Shown: positions 27,781 to 37,288 of the stretch, in pieces
Layout of the letters: each line of letters starts with the position of its first letter
Position numbering within the stretch: the stretch's first letter is position 1
Source: an uncultured Bacteroidales bacterium
GTDB lineage: Bacteria > Bacteroidota > Bacteroidia > Bacteroidales > CAZJKL01
DNA length: 64,000 bases
Direction: 5' to 3'
NCBI GenBank assembly: GCA_964546655.1
Contig: CAZJKL010000006.1
Location: forward strand, 1,643 to 65,642
Notes under the pieces: model-generated
Databases searched by the model: none
The model's input: the letters and a program-made list of their open reading frames with translations, nothing else
Told to the model about the DNA's origin: nothing
Made by a program: the position numbers and the translations under genes

Positions 27781-28800
27781 TTAAATTTTAACAAAATAAT
27801 TTATTGGTCTCAAAATTTTATCGAAAAGATATAACTGTATTACATACAAATCTTGCTTATTATTATTTATTATAGCATACATTAAATCTAAATCTTTTGT
27901 TATTAATTTACCGTTTATATCGTAACTTTCTTTGTCTGGTATTTTATAAAACAAATCTAATTTTGTTTTTGTTCCTGAAAAATCATAAACATTAATTGTA
28001 AAAGCAGGATTTGAAGCTAAAACAGAATCTCTATTATGTTTATCCATCTCGCCTACAACATAATCAAATATAACTTTATTAAATATTCCAATATATTTAT
28101 TGATTTTTAAAGTGTCGATATTATTTAAGATTTTACCTGTTAAATCTAAAATTTGTTTTCCGTTTTTGTCGTTAACATATTTAAACGAATTACTTTTATT
28201 TTCATTCCAAACAATATCAATCTCTTTAATATCAGATGGTTTATAATTAAAAATTGTTCTGTCTCTCCATTTTCTTTCTTCAACAAAAAAACGAGGAGTT
28301 AAATAACCAATAAATCCCGGAATATGTAAAACATAAGGGTCGCTAGCTTTCACTTTTGTATCAACATCTTCTAAAATAGCAATTGTGCCTGTTTTATCTT
28401 GTGTTTCTCCACCAATATAAAAAGTTTTAACTAATTCATCTTTAATATAAATCTCAACTTTTATTGAACTACTAGAAAGACGTTTTGTAACATTTTCTTT
28501 CATTTTGTTGCCAACAGGTGATTTTATTTCAACATCATGAATTGTTTTCAGTAAAGTTTTAATTACATCAGGTCTTACATCAAATTTTTTATTAATTTTC
28601 CAAATATTATTTTCTCTTGTTAAAGTTGCTTCGAGACCAGCCATATCAGCCATAAAAATTTTATTAATGCTTGCTGTATCTTTAACAGCAAAGTCTTGCA
28701 TGTCTCGAGGAAGAGTTGATTTCTTACTTTGAATATAAAATATAATAACTATTGCAGTTAATAAAGGAACAATCCAAATGATTATATTTTTCTTTTTCAT
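27781..28800 (-). CDS. DUF4340-like membrane-anchored protein, last gene of the gldF-gldG cluster
   Basis: 339 aa with a single N-terminal TM segment (IIIWIVPLLTAIVIIFYI). Position immediately after gldG, 10-nt gap. The family call is from memory of typical GldG-neighbour proteins. Confidence 0.5.
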   Translation of the reverse strand: MKKKNIIIWIVPLLTAIVIIFYIQSKKSTLPRDMQDFAVKDTASINKIFMADMAGLEATLTRENNIWKINKKFDVRPDVIKTLLKTIHDVEIKSPVGNKMKENVTKRLSSSSIKVEIYIKDELVKTFYIGGETQDKTGTIAILEDVDTKVKASDPYVLHIPGFIGYLTPRFFVEERKWRDRTIFNYKPSDIKEIDIVWNENKSNSFKYVNDKNGKQILDLTGKILNNIDTLKINKYIGIFNKVIFDYVVGEMDKHNRDSVLASNPAFTINVYDFSGTKTKLDLFYKIPDKESYDINGKLITKDLDLMYAIINNNKQDLYVIQLYLFDKILRPINYFVKI

Positions 28801-28810
28801 TTTTTAGAAT

Positions 28811-30553
28811 TTATTTTGAATATTTTCTCTTTTTATAAAAATTAAATAACACACCAATAACAATAATTAAAATTATAGGATAAACCGTATTAATAATTTG
28901 CCATTTAAGTCTTTCATTATTTATTTTAGTTGTATTTAATAAACGTAAAGTAAGCTCTCGGTTTCTTAGTGAAATAAGACCTTCTTCACCTTCCATAATA
29001 TAATTAATAGCATTTAATAAAAATTTTTCATTACCGAAAAACTCGCCCGAATATTTATCATATCCAAGAGGGAAAGCTCTTTGAGAGCCTTGATGAATTT
29101 GATTTTTTATAATATCACCATCAGAAATAACAATCATTTTAGTCTCTTTACTAACTTTTTTAAATAATTGTCTGTTCATAATAGTATCATTATATTCAAA
29201 CTCTGGAGAAACCCTGTTTGCAAAAGCCGACGGAAACACACCTTCGAGTAATACTGCTATAGGCTTGTTTGCAAAAAGATATTCTCTAGGATTAGGCTTT
29301 TGATCAATTATAGCCAATGAAATTTTCTCGAGTGGACCTTGCAATTTTGTGTAATTAGAAGAAGTTAACAAAATAGTTTTTTTAATACCATCTTCTGTTA
29401 TAATAGTATCAATAGAACTTGCAAATTCACACCTAATAGGTGATAAATTTTTGGTAATAACATGATTGTTTTCAGAAGTAATTAAAGGAAAATAAAACCA
29501 TTTAAAAGGTTGAAACTTTGGTTGAGCCCCAATAGGCGAAACATTAATTGGAATATAAGCCGAATTAACGTCCATAATTAAGTTTTTATTAATTCGAACA
29601 CCATATTTAAACAACATTTCATCTAACCCTAGATCAATTGGTAAAGCTTGGGTATAAGGGCTGTTCTGAAGGCTATCCATAGTAACATAAACGCCATCAA
29701 CCAACCAAACAACTTTGCCACCGTTCATTATAAACTGATCAATTATAAATTGGTCTTTAGGAGTAAAAAACGAATCAGGTTTTGCAATAACTAAACATTT
29801 GGCGTTTATAGAAGCTAAACTATTTAATTTTTCATTTAAAATAACTCTTCGTAATTCATAATTTTCTGATAATGTAGCAGCTATACTATAAGTTTCTAGT
29901 TCTGATAATTCACCATGACCAGTTAAAAAAGCAATTCGTGGTTTAATAACTGTTTGTAGCTTTTTTATTGAATTAGCAAGCTCATATTCAATCATTTGAA
30001 CTGAATTGTTGATTATTATATTTGAATTAGCACCTAATTGTTCTTGAAGAAAATTAACGGCAATATCACGGTCATTATAAGTCGCAATAGCCGAAGGAAA
30101 TACTACTTGATTTTTTGAACCATCTTTTTCTTTTATATTTAAAGGAATAGGTTTAAGTCCTTTTTTTACTAGCTGTTCATAAATATTTTTATTAGCTTCT
30201 TCATTATCACTTTTAAACGGGTCAATAAAGCTATACTGAATGTTTTCACCAGCATAAACCTTAAATTCATCCAAAGTTTCTTTTATTGATCGATTTAATT
30301 CATTTAAACCAGAAGGGAATTCACCTTCGAGATAAACTTTAAAATAAACTACATCATCTAGGTTTTTAAGAATTTTTATTGTTTCATCAGAAAGGGTATA
30401 TCTTTTATCTGACGTTAAATCAATTCTTGTAAAAACAAAAGTACTTAAAAGATTAAGTAATATAATTATTAAAACTCCGCTAAAGAGTTGAATTATATGT
30501 TGTTTTTTTAATTGTTTGTTTTTTCTTATTTCCATATATTTCTTTATTACCAT
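28811..30553 (-). CDS. gldG: gliding motility-associated ABC transporter accessory protein GldG
   Basis: 580 aa with N- and C-terminal TM anchors. RIDLTSDKRYTLSDET start and GHGE motif region (IAFLTGHGELS). Overlaps gldF by 7 nt. Confidence 0.8.
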   Translation of the reverse strand: MVIKKYMEIRKNKQLKKQHIIQLFSGVLIIILLNLLSTFVFTRIDLTSDKRYTLSDETIKILKNLDDVVYFKVYLEGEFPSGLNELNRSIKETLDEFKVYAGENIQYSFIDPFKSDNEEANKNIYEQLVKKGLKPIPLNIKEKDGSKNQVVFPSAIATYNDRDIAVNFLQEQLGANSNIIINNSVQMIEYELANSIKKLQTVIKPRIAFLTGHGELSELETYSIAATLSENYELRRVILNEKLNSLASINAKCLVIAKPDSFFTPKDQFIIDQFIMNGGKVVWLVDGVYVTMDSLQNSPYTQALPIDLGLDEMLFKYGVRINKNLIMDVNSAYIPINVSPIGAQPKFQPFKWFYFPLITSENNHVITKNLSPIRCEFASSIDTIITEDGIKKTILLTSSNYTKLQGPLEKISLAIIDQKPNPREYLFANKPIAVLLEGVFPSAFANRVSPEFEYNDTIMNRQLFKKVSKETKMIVISDGDIIKNQIHQGSQRAFPLGYDKYSGEFFGNEKFLLNAINYIMEGEEGLISLRNRELTLRLLNTTKINNERLKWQIINTVYPIILIIVIGVLFNFYKKRKYSK

Positions 30554-31278
30554 TTTCTACTAACTAAAACAGTTCGGGTTAATAGAATAAAAAATATAAT
30601 TATTCCTAAAAAATACACCATATCTCTTGTATCAAGAACACCTCTGCTCATTGATATATAATGATATTCGATTCCTATTTTTGTTAAAACGCTATCAAAA
30701 CTTCCAAACAATTCTAAATTACCTAAAGCATCAAATCCAATATAGAACATAATAATTAGAAACATACCTACAATAAAAGAAATAATTTGATTATTAGTAA
30801 TAGAAGAAGCAAAAACACCAATTGAAACGAACCCAGCAGCTAAAAAAAATAGACCAACAAAAGAGCCCCAAAAACCACCAGAATCAATGTTGCCAACAGG
30901 CATAGCCAATTGATAAACCGAATAATAATAAATAAGAGTTGGAAGTAATGCGAATAAAACAAGCAATAAACCAGCAAAATATTTTGCAAGAATAATTTCA
31001 AATTCGCTTAATGGTTTGGTTAATAACAGCTCAATTGTTCCTGCTTTTTTTTCATCAGAAAACAATCTCATGGTTATTGCGGGTATAAGAAACGAGAAAA
31101 CCCAAGGAGCAATAACAAAAAGAGTAGATAAACTTGAAAATCCACTATCTAAAACATTCATTTCTCCTCTAAAAATCCACATTAAACCACTCATTACCAA
31201 TAAAAATAATATAATAGCAATGTAACCTATTAATGAGTTAAAGAATGAGTTTATTTCTTTAATTAAGAGTGCATACAT
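30547..31278 (-). CDS. gldF: gliding motility-associated ABC transporter permease GldF
   Basis: ORF 30547..31290 trimmed to MYALLIKEINSFFNSLIGYI. Six hydrophobic segments and an ABC-2 type permease pattern (FSDEKKAGTIELLLTKPLS). Confidence 0.8.
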   Translation of the reverse strand: MYALLIKEINSFFNSLIGYIAIILFLLVMSGLMWIFRGEMNVLDSGFSSLSTLFVIAPWVFSFLIPAITMRLFSDEKKAGTIELLLTKPLSEFEIILAKYFAGLLLVLFALLPTLIYYYSVYQLAMPVGNIDSGGFWGSFVGLFFLAAGFVSIGVFASSITNNQIISFIVGMFLIIMFYIGFDALGNLELFGSFDSVLTKIGIEYHYISMSRGVLDTRDMVYFLGIIIFFILLTRTVLVSRKW

Positions 31279-31426
31279 AATACATAACATTTATAAAACG
31301 CACAAAATTAATAAATAATTTATGTTTTTAGCATTCTTAAAATATAAATACAATTTTTTTTAATTTTTTTAATACTTTGGGGAAAACTGCTCAATTTGGA
31401 AAAATTAAATAATACTTAAAATTAAT

Positions 31427-31456
31427 TTTGATTAAATAATAATTTGATTATTTTTG
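31427..31456 (+). promoter_or_regulatory. candidate promoter (TTTG - 18 nt - TATTTTTG)
   Basis: TTTG at 31427-31430 and TATTTTTG at 31449-31456, 22 nt upstream of the ATG at 31479. Confidence 0.4.
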
Positions 31457-31478
31457 CAAATTAAATTTAATACAATTG

Positions 31479-32615
31479 ATGGATAAATTTAATGCTATAC
31501 GACCTTATTTTAATGAAGAAATTATACCTGCATTAAGAAGACTTGTTGATGAAAATGAGTTTATAAGTGCTGTTAAATATTTCTTGCCAGAAAAATCTAA
31601 TGATGAAATTAAAAAAGAATTATTAGAAATAACCACATTAGAATTTTTTCAAAAGAATTTTTTATCAAAAATAGTTGATTCTTTAGTTAATAGAAGCATA
31701 AAAAATTTAACTTTTGATGGTATCGAAAATTTAAAGGTAGGAGAATCTTATTTATTTGTTTCAAATCATAGGGATATTGTTTTAGATTCGGCTTTATTAA
31801 ATATTATATTAGTAAAAAACGACCACGAAACAGTTCAAATAGCAATAGGTAGTAATTTATTAATTAAGCCTTGGATAGTTGACTTTGTTAAGATAAATAA
31901 AAGTTTTATAGTTCAAAGAGATGTTCCTCAAAGAGATGCTTATGAAAGTTCTCATCTTCTTTCTTCATATATAGATTTTGCAAGAAATACTTTAAATGAA
32001 TCTATTTGGATAGCTCAAAGAGAAGGTCGTTCTAAAAACGGAGATGATAAAACACAGCCGGGACTTTTAAAAATGCTTTCATTATGTTCAAATGGTAATT
32101 TTATTGAATATTTTAAATCATTAAAAATTGTTCCTGTATCAATTTCTTATGAATATGACCCTTGCGACGTTTTAAAAACACAAGAAATTTATTCGATAAG
32201 CAATAATAAAGATTATAAAAAAACATCTAAAGACGATTTAAACAGTATGCTTCATGGTATAATTGGATACAAAGGTCGTGTTCATTTTTCAATAGGTAAA
32301 CCATTAACAGATGTATTAGATAATATTGATGCCTCTAAAGGAACAAATGACAAGATTAAAGATATTGCAAGCATAATTGATTATAACATTGTTAAAAATT
32401 ATAAACTTTGGCCATCAAATATTTTTGCATATAAGTTTTTAAATAACAAAGATTACGACACCTCAAACATATCGCAAGAAGAAGAAATTGAGTTTGTTAA
32501 TTATGTAAATAAGAAATTTTCTGATATAACTAGCGACGTAGAAGAACATAAAAAAATATTTTTTGATATGTATTCTAAGCCTATTGAAAACAAGATTAAT
32601 AATATAAATTTATGA
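31479..32615 (+). CDS. PlsC-like glycerolipid acyltransferase family protein
   Basis: 378 aa from the ATG at 31479 (the ORF track starts one codon earlier at a TTG). FVSNHRDIVLDSALLN acyltransferase block and IAQREGRSKNGDD block. Confidence 0.6.
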   Translation: MDKFNAIRPYFNEEIIPALRRLVDENEFISAVKYFLPEKSNDEIKKELLEITTLEFFQKNFLSKIVDSLVNRSIKNLTFDGIENLKVGESYLFVSNHRDIVLDSALLNIILVKNDHETVQIAIGSNLLIKPWIVDFVKINKSFIVQRDVPQRDAYESSHLLSSYIDFARNTLNESIWIAQREGRSKNGDDKTQPGLLKMLSLCSNGNFIEYFKSLKIVPVSISYEYDPCDVLKTQEIYSISNNKDYKKTSKDDLNSMLHGIIGYKGRVHFSIGKPLTDVLDNIDASKGTNDKIKDIASIIDYNIVKNYKLWPSNIFAYKFLNNKDYDTSNISQEEEIEFVNYVNKKFSDITSDVEEHKKIFFDMYSKPIENKINNINL

Positions 32616-33046
32616 GGTATTTTTTAATACTAATTACTACAATCATTTTATTTAGCTGTTCAAATGACGAGTTTATTGATATTGACAATATGGTTTGGGC
32701 TAAAAATAAAACATATAAAATATCAACAAATATTAAAGATAAAACCAATTTTAAGCCTCATTTATTAGTTCGAGTAATCCCAGACTACCCTTATCAGTAT
32801 TTGCCTTTAGTAATTAAATTAACCGATCCAAGTAATAATGTATTTATAGATACTATTAATGTTGAAATATTAGACAGTCTTGGAAATTTTAAAGGAGAAG
32901 CTTTGGGTGATTATGGAGATATAGATACAATAATTTTTAAAGATTACCAATTTAAAGAATTTGGTATTTATAATTATGAACTTATTAATAATATGAATAC
33001 AGATATTCCTTTTATAATGCAAATTGGTATTGGTTATAAAAAATAA
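32612..33046 (+). CDS. gldH: GldH-like gliding motility lipoprotein
   Basis: 144 aa with a lipoprotein signal (ILFSCSN). W.K......F, then LLVRVIPDYPYQYLPLVIKL...P, follows the GldH pattern (LR...YPY.NL.L) as I remember it. The ATGA overlap with the upstream gene indicates co-transcription. Confidence 0.5.
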   Translation: MRYFLILITTIILFSCSNDEFIDIDNMVWAKNKTYKISTNIKDKTNFKPHLLVRVIPDYPYQYLPLVIKLTDPSNNVFIDTINVEILDSLGNFKGEALGDYGDIDTIIFKDYQFKEFGIYNYELINNMNTDIPFIMQIGIGYKK

Positions 33047-33143
33047 TTGCTATTTATATATATAATTTATTTAAAAAAAAATATTTATATTAGCGAATAA
33101 GTATTATATTTATAGGTAATTAAAATAAAATATAGGAAATTTT

Positions 33144-34238
33144 ATGTCAGGTGGTGGTTCATTCTTAGAAAGTAAAGGCTTTAAGCTTTTCATGGTTAAG
33201 CTTTATGGTTTAGGTGCTGCAGTTGTTATTGTTGGTGCAATGTTTAAAATAATGCACTGGCCAGGTGCATCTGCTATGCTTGTTATTGGATTAACAGTTG
33301 AAGCGTTTATTTTTGGTATTTCGGCTTTTGAGCCTCCACATGAAATGCCTAATTGGAGTTTAGTTTACCCTGAATTAGCAGGATATGACCCAGAAGTTGA
33401 AGAAATTGAGCTTGAAAAAAAAGAAGAAGAAAAAAAGATTGAGGGAGGGTTTCCTGCTGGTAATTTTGGAGGTATGCCTTATCAAATGCCTTATTCCGAA
33501 TCAACATCTGCTCTTGATAAAATGCTCGAATCAGCAGATATTAAACCAGATTTGTTAAGAAACCTTGGCGAAAGTTTCGAGAGTTTAAAAGAAAATATTT
33601 CTCAGATGTCTGATATTTCAGAAGCTTCTGTTGCTAGCATTGATTTTGCCGGTAATATGAGAACGGCATCAGAATATGTTGAAGATTTTAAACATTCTTT
33701 AGAAGCCGACATCGAAATTTCAAATAAATTTAAAGGCTCTTTTTCGGGTTTAAATGATTCTGTTCAATCGTTATCAGATTCATTTAATAAAACAGCTAAC
33801 AATATTAATAATTCTATTGATGTTAATGAATATTATGTAACAACAATTAAAAATGTTACCGATTCATTTAATAACTTATCGGTTAAATACCAAACTAGTG
33901 CCGATAAAATTGACAGCTCTTTTGACCAAATGAGCAATATTAATGTTAACAGTTCTAGAATAATTAGCAAATTAGACCAAATATCTAATAATTTATCTGC
34001 ATTAAATTCGGTTTACGAAATGCAATTGAAACAATCGGCAATGCAGAATGAAATATCAAAAGAACTTAATTCTGCCGTTTCTGTTTTTAAAGATAACTTA
34101 AATGATTCGTCACAAACAACTGATGTTTTTAAAAATCAGTTAGATGACTTAAATCAAAATATGGCTAAATTAAATATTGTTTATTCGAATATGCTAAAAG
34201 CGATGACTTCTACGAAGAATCCTTTTAGTAATGTATAA
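33144..34238 (+). CDS. gldL: GldL/PorL-type T9SS motor protein, extended form
   Basis: 364 aa. N terminus LYGLGAAVVIVGAMFKIMHWPGASAMLVIGLTVEAFIFGISAFEPPHEMPNWSLVYPELAG closely parallels F. johnsoniae GldL (two TM helices, FKI.H and the TM2 Glu). C-terminal LNSVYEMQLKQS and LNIVYSNMLKAM blocks also match. Confidence 0.8.
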   Translation: MSGGGSFLESKGFKLFMVKLYGLGAAVVIVGAMFKIMHWPGASAMLVIGLTVEAFIFGISAFEPPHEMPNWSLVYPELAGYDPEVEEIELEKKEEEKKIEGGFPAGNFGGMPYQMPYSESTSALDKMLESADIKPDLLRNLGESFESLKENISQMSDISEASVASIDFAGNMRTASEYVEDFKHSLEADIEISNKFKGSFSGLNDSVQSLSDSFNKTANNINNSIDVNEYYVTTIKNVTDSFNNLSVKYQTSADKIDSSFDQMSNINVNSSRIISKLDQISNNLSALNSVYEMQLKQSAMQNEISKELNSAVSVFKDNLNDSSQTTDVFKNQLDDLNQNMAKLNIVYSNMLKAMTSTKNPFSNV

Positions 34239-34242
34239 AATA

Positions 34243-34908
34243 TTATATTTCTTTATTATCAGAATCAGATAATAATGTTTCATCAATAATATTATTTTCA
34301 GTATTATCACTATTATTATTTTGAATAAGATTTAATAATGCTTCTCTGGCTCTGCTTAATTGAGCTTTTACTGTTCCTATTGGTAAATTTAGTTCATCAG
34401 CAATCTCTTGATACGAGTATTCTCCAAAATATCTTAATTCAATTAATGACTGATAATTAGGTTTTAATCGAGTTATTAATTCTCTTATATTATCGGTTAA
34501 TTGTTTTCTAATTAAGCTAGCCTCTGGATTGGGTTCATCTGATTCAAATTGTATTTCTATTTCATCATCTTCTCCAGGAATTTCTTTTATCATCGAAACA
34601 TGTTTTTCTTTTTGCCTTCTGATAAAATCGATACAGGTATTAACAGCTATTTTAAATAACCAAGTGCTGAAAGCATTTTTTGGTATATATAAATTAAGTT
34701 TTTTAAACGCTTTGCCAAAAGTTTCCATAGTTAAATCTTCGGCATATTCGGTGTTATTAACCATTCTCAAAAGCATATAATAAACAGAAGTTTTATATTT
34801 CTCCATCAGTTTTTTATATGCATCTTGGTCATTATAGTCTAATGCCCTTTTAACTAAAATATAATCTTCTTTTGCTCTTTTTGATATTTGAATATTATCT
34901 AATTCCAT
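34243..34908 (-). CDS. sigma-70 family (ECF-like) RNA polymerase sigma factor
   Basis: 221 aa. Region 2 AEDLTMETFGKAFKKL...FSTWLFKIAVNTCIDFIRR. Region 4 SYQEIADELNLPIGTVKAQLSRAREAL. Asn/Asp-rich C-terminal tail. Confidence 0.85.
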   Translation of the reverse strand: MELDNIQISKRAKEDYILVKRALDYNDQDAYKKLMEKYKTSVYYMLLRMVNNTEYAEDLTMETFGKAFKKLNLYIPKNAFSTWLFKIAVNTCIDFIRRQKEKHVSMIKEIPGEDDEIEIQFESDEPNPEASLIRKQLTDNIRELITRLKPNYQSLIELRYFGEYSYQEIADELNLPIGTVKAQLSRAREALLNLIQNNNSDNTENNIIDETLLSDSDNKEI

Positions 34909-36059
34909 TTTTTAGGTTTGTGAAAGATGTTTGAATAAGCGATATAGGTATAGAAGAACATGAAAAACAGTTCAATGAAAGGATATAAATATATGTATAG
35001 TGTCTTCTCTTTTAGTTTGGTTTTAATTAAATATAAAAAGCCAATTTGAACAAAATATCTTATTAAAAATATTGATAATACAATAATAATATTGAAATTA
35101 AGAATTAAAAGAGTTGCAAATAAAATGTAAAATAGCCACTCAGATATTGATAAAATTCCGAGCATTAATTTGTTTCTTAATTTGTATTTAAATCCTGTTG
35201 TTAAATGACGTTTCTTTTGAATAAACCAATCTTCAAAAGTTTCTTTCGGTTCTGAATATGTGAATGAAGATTCTTCTATTTCAATTCTTGTATTGTTTTG
35301 TTTTGCAACTTCATTAATAAATAAATCATCGTCACCCGAAAACATATTATAATGTGATGCAAATCCTTTATTATCAAAAAATATGTTTTTCTTGTATGAC
35401 AAATTTCTTCCAACTCCCATATAAGTGAGACCTGAAAGTGAAAAAGAGAAATATTTAAATGCTGTAATAAATGTTTCCCATCTTATTAATAAATTTAAAA
35501 AACCTTTTTTATAAAAATATGGGCTATAGCCTAAAACTATTTCTGTTTTATTGTTATAGTTTCGCATTATTGTCGAAATCCAATCTTTGCTATTAGGTAC
35601 ACAGTCGGCGTCTGTTAATAAAACATAGTCATATTTTGCTCCTTTTATACCTAAAGTTAACCCTAGTTTTTTGCCTAAAGCAAACCTTTCTTCTAGCTTA
35701 TTATCTATTAACTTAAAATTAGGATATTCACGACTTAGTTCAGAAAGATATACCAAAGACCCATCTGTTGAGCAATCATTTACAACAATAACCTCAAATT
35801 CGTGATAGTCTTGTTTTATTATTAGACCTAATTTGCTTTTAAAATTATCTATTTCGTTTTTCCCAACAATAATTACCGAAACAGGAGGTGGATTATCATT
35901 AATGTCGCCTTTTTTATAAAAAGCTAATTTTGAGAAGATAAATATATAATATATTAGAGAGATAGATGCTATAACACAAAAACCTATAAAAAAAGTTATA
36001 TATAAATTATTAGTAAAATCAAATACTATGTTCATAAGAAATAAAATTATTAAATACAA
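34899..36059 (-). CDS. family 2 glycosyltransferase, membrane-bound
   Basis: 386 aa. VSVIIVGKNE...EVIVVNDCSTDGS, LLTDADCVP (DxD-like), and C-terminal TM segments. Confidence 0.8.
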   Translation of the reverse strand: MYLIILFLMNIVFDFTNNLYITFFIGFCVIASISLIYYIFIFSKLAFYKKGDINDNPPPVSVIIVGKNEIDNFKSKLGLIIKQDYHEFEVIVVNDCSTDGSLVYLSELSREYPNFKLIDNKLEERFALGKKLGLTLGIKGAKYDYVLLTDADCVPNSKDWISTIMRNYNNKTEIVLGYSPYFYKKGFLNLLIRWETFITAFKYFSFSLSGLTYMGVGRNLSYKKNIFFDNKGFASHYNMFSGDDDLFINEVAKQNNTRIEIEESSFTYSEPKETFEDWFIQKKRHLTTGFKYKLRNKLMLGILSISEWLFYILFATLLILNFNIIIVLSIFLIRYFVQIGFLYLIKTKLKEKTLYIYLYPFIELFFMFFYTYIAYSNIFHKPKKWN

Positions 36060-36083
36060 AAGTATAATTCTTTTTCAATTCAA

Positions 36084-36091
36084 TATATTTG
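36084..36091 (+). promoter_or_regulatory. candidate -7 promoter box for tgt (TATATTTG)
   Basis: Exact TAnnTTTG match, 60 nt upstream of the tgt ATG. No clean -33 box seen. Confidence 0.3.
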
Positions 36092-36151
36092 CAAAAATAT
36101 ATTTTATAAACTTTTTTAAACAATTTTTAATATCTAATTTTAATTACCTTA

Positions 36152-37282
36152 ATGAAATTTGAAATAATCAATACCGATAATCAAAGCAAAGCTCGAGCTG
36201 GACTAATAAAAACCGATCATGGTGATATAGAAACACCTATTTTTATGCCTGTTGGTACTGCGGGTACAGTTAAGGCTGTTCATCAAAGAGAATTAAGTGA
36301 TGATATTAAAGCTGAAATTATTTTAGGCAATACTTACCACCTTTTTTTAAGACCTGGCATTGAAATTATTAATAAAGCTGGTGGTTTACATAAATTTATT
36401 AACTGGAACAAACCTATTTTAACTGATAGTGGTGGATATCAGATTTATTCATTAGCCGAAAATCGTAAACTTTCAGAAGAAGGAGCAAAATTTAGATCTC
36501 ATATTGATGGTTCTTACCATTTTTTTACTCCCGAAAAAGCTATTGATATACAAAGAACAATTGGAGCTGATATTATTATGGCTTTTGATGAATGCACTCC
36601 TTATCCTTGTGAATATAAATATGCTCAAAATTCGATGCATCTTACTCACAGATGGCTGTCGAGATGTGTTGAATATTTTAATAAAACCGAAAATCTTTAT
36701 GGTTATAATCAATATTTATTTCCTATTGTTCAAGGTAGTGTTTATAAAGATTTAAGAAAACAATCGGCCGAATATATTGCTAATGCTAATTGTTTTGGGA
36801 ATGCAATTGGGGGGCTTTCGGTTGGTGAACCTGCCGAAGACATGTATGAAATGACCGATTTAGTTTGCAATATTTTACCTAAAGATAAACCTCGCTATTT
36901 AATGGGCGTTGGTACTCCTGAAAATATTATTGAGTGTATTGCTCTTGGTATTGATATGTTTGATTGTGTTATGCCTACAAGAAATGCCCGAAATGGAATG
37001 TTGTTTACATCACAAGGCACAATTAACATCAAAAACAATAAATGGAAAGATGACTTTAGTCCTATTGATTTAAATGGTTATACGTTTGTTGATTCGCAAT
37101 ATTCTAAAGCTTATTTAAGGCATCTTATTGTTAATAATGAAATTTTAGGTGCTCAAATAGCAAGTATTCATAATTTAGGCTTTTATTTGTGGTTGGTTAA
37201 AGAGGCTCGTAAAAATATTATTAACAATACTTTTGAACCTTGGAGAAAAGAAATTATTAAAAACTTAAAACAAAGATTATAA
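36152..37282 (+). CDS. tgt: tRNA-guanine(34) transglycosylase
   Basis: 376 aa. ARAGLIKTDHGDIETPIFMPVGT, LTDSGGYQ, IVQGS, LMGVGTPENI, and DMFDCVMPTRNARNG. Confidence 0.95.
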   Translation: MKFEIINTDNQSKARAGLIKTDHGDIETPIFMPVGTAGTVKAVHQRELSDDIKAEIILGNTYHLFLRPGIEIINKAGGLHKFINWNKPILTDSGGYQIYSLAENRKLSEEGAKFRSHIDGSYHFFTPEKAIDIQRTIGADIIMAFDECTPYPCEYKYAQNSMHLTHRWLSRCVEYFNKTENLYGYNQYLFPIVQGSVYKDLRKQSAEYIANANCFGNAIGGLSVGEPAEDMYEMTDLVCNILPKDKPRYLMGVGTPENIIECIALGIDMFDCVMPTRNARNGMLFTSQGTINIKNNKWKDDFSPIDLNGYTFVDSQYSKAYLRHLIVNNEILGAQIASIHNLGFYLWLVKEARKNIINNTFEPWRKEIIKNLKQRL

Positions 37283-37288
37283 AATAAA

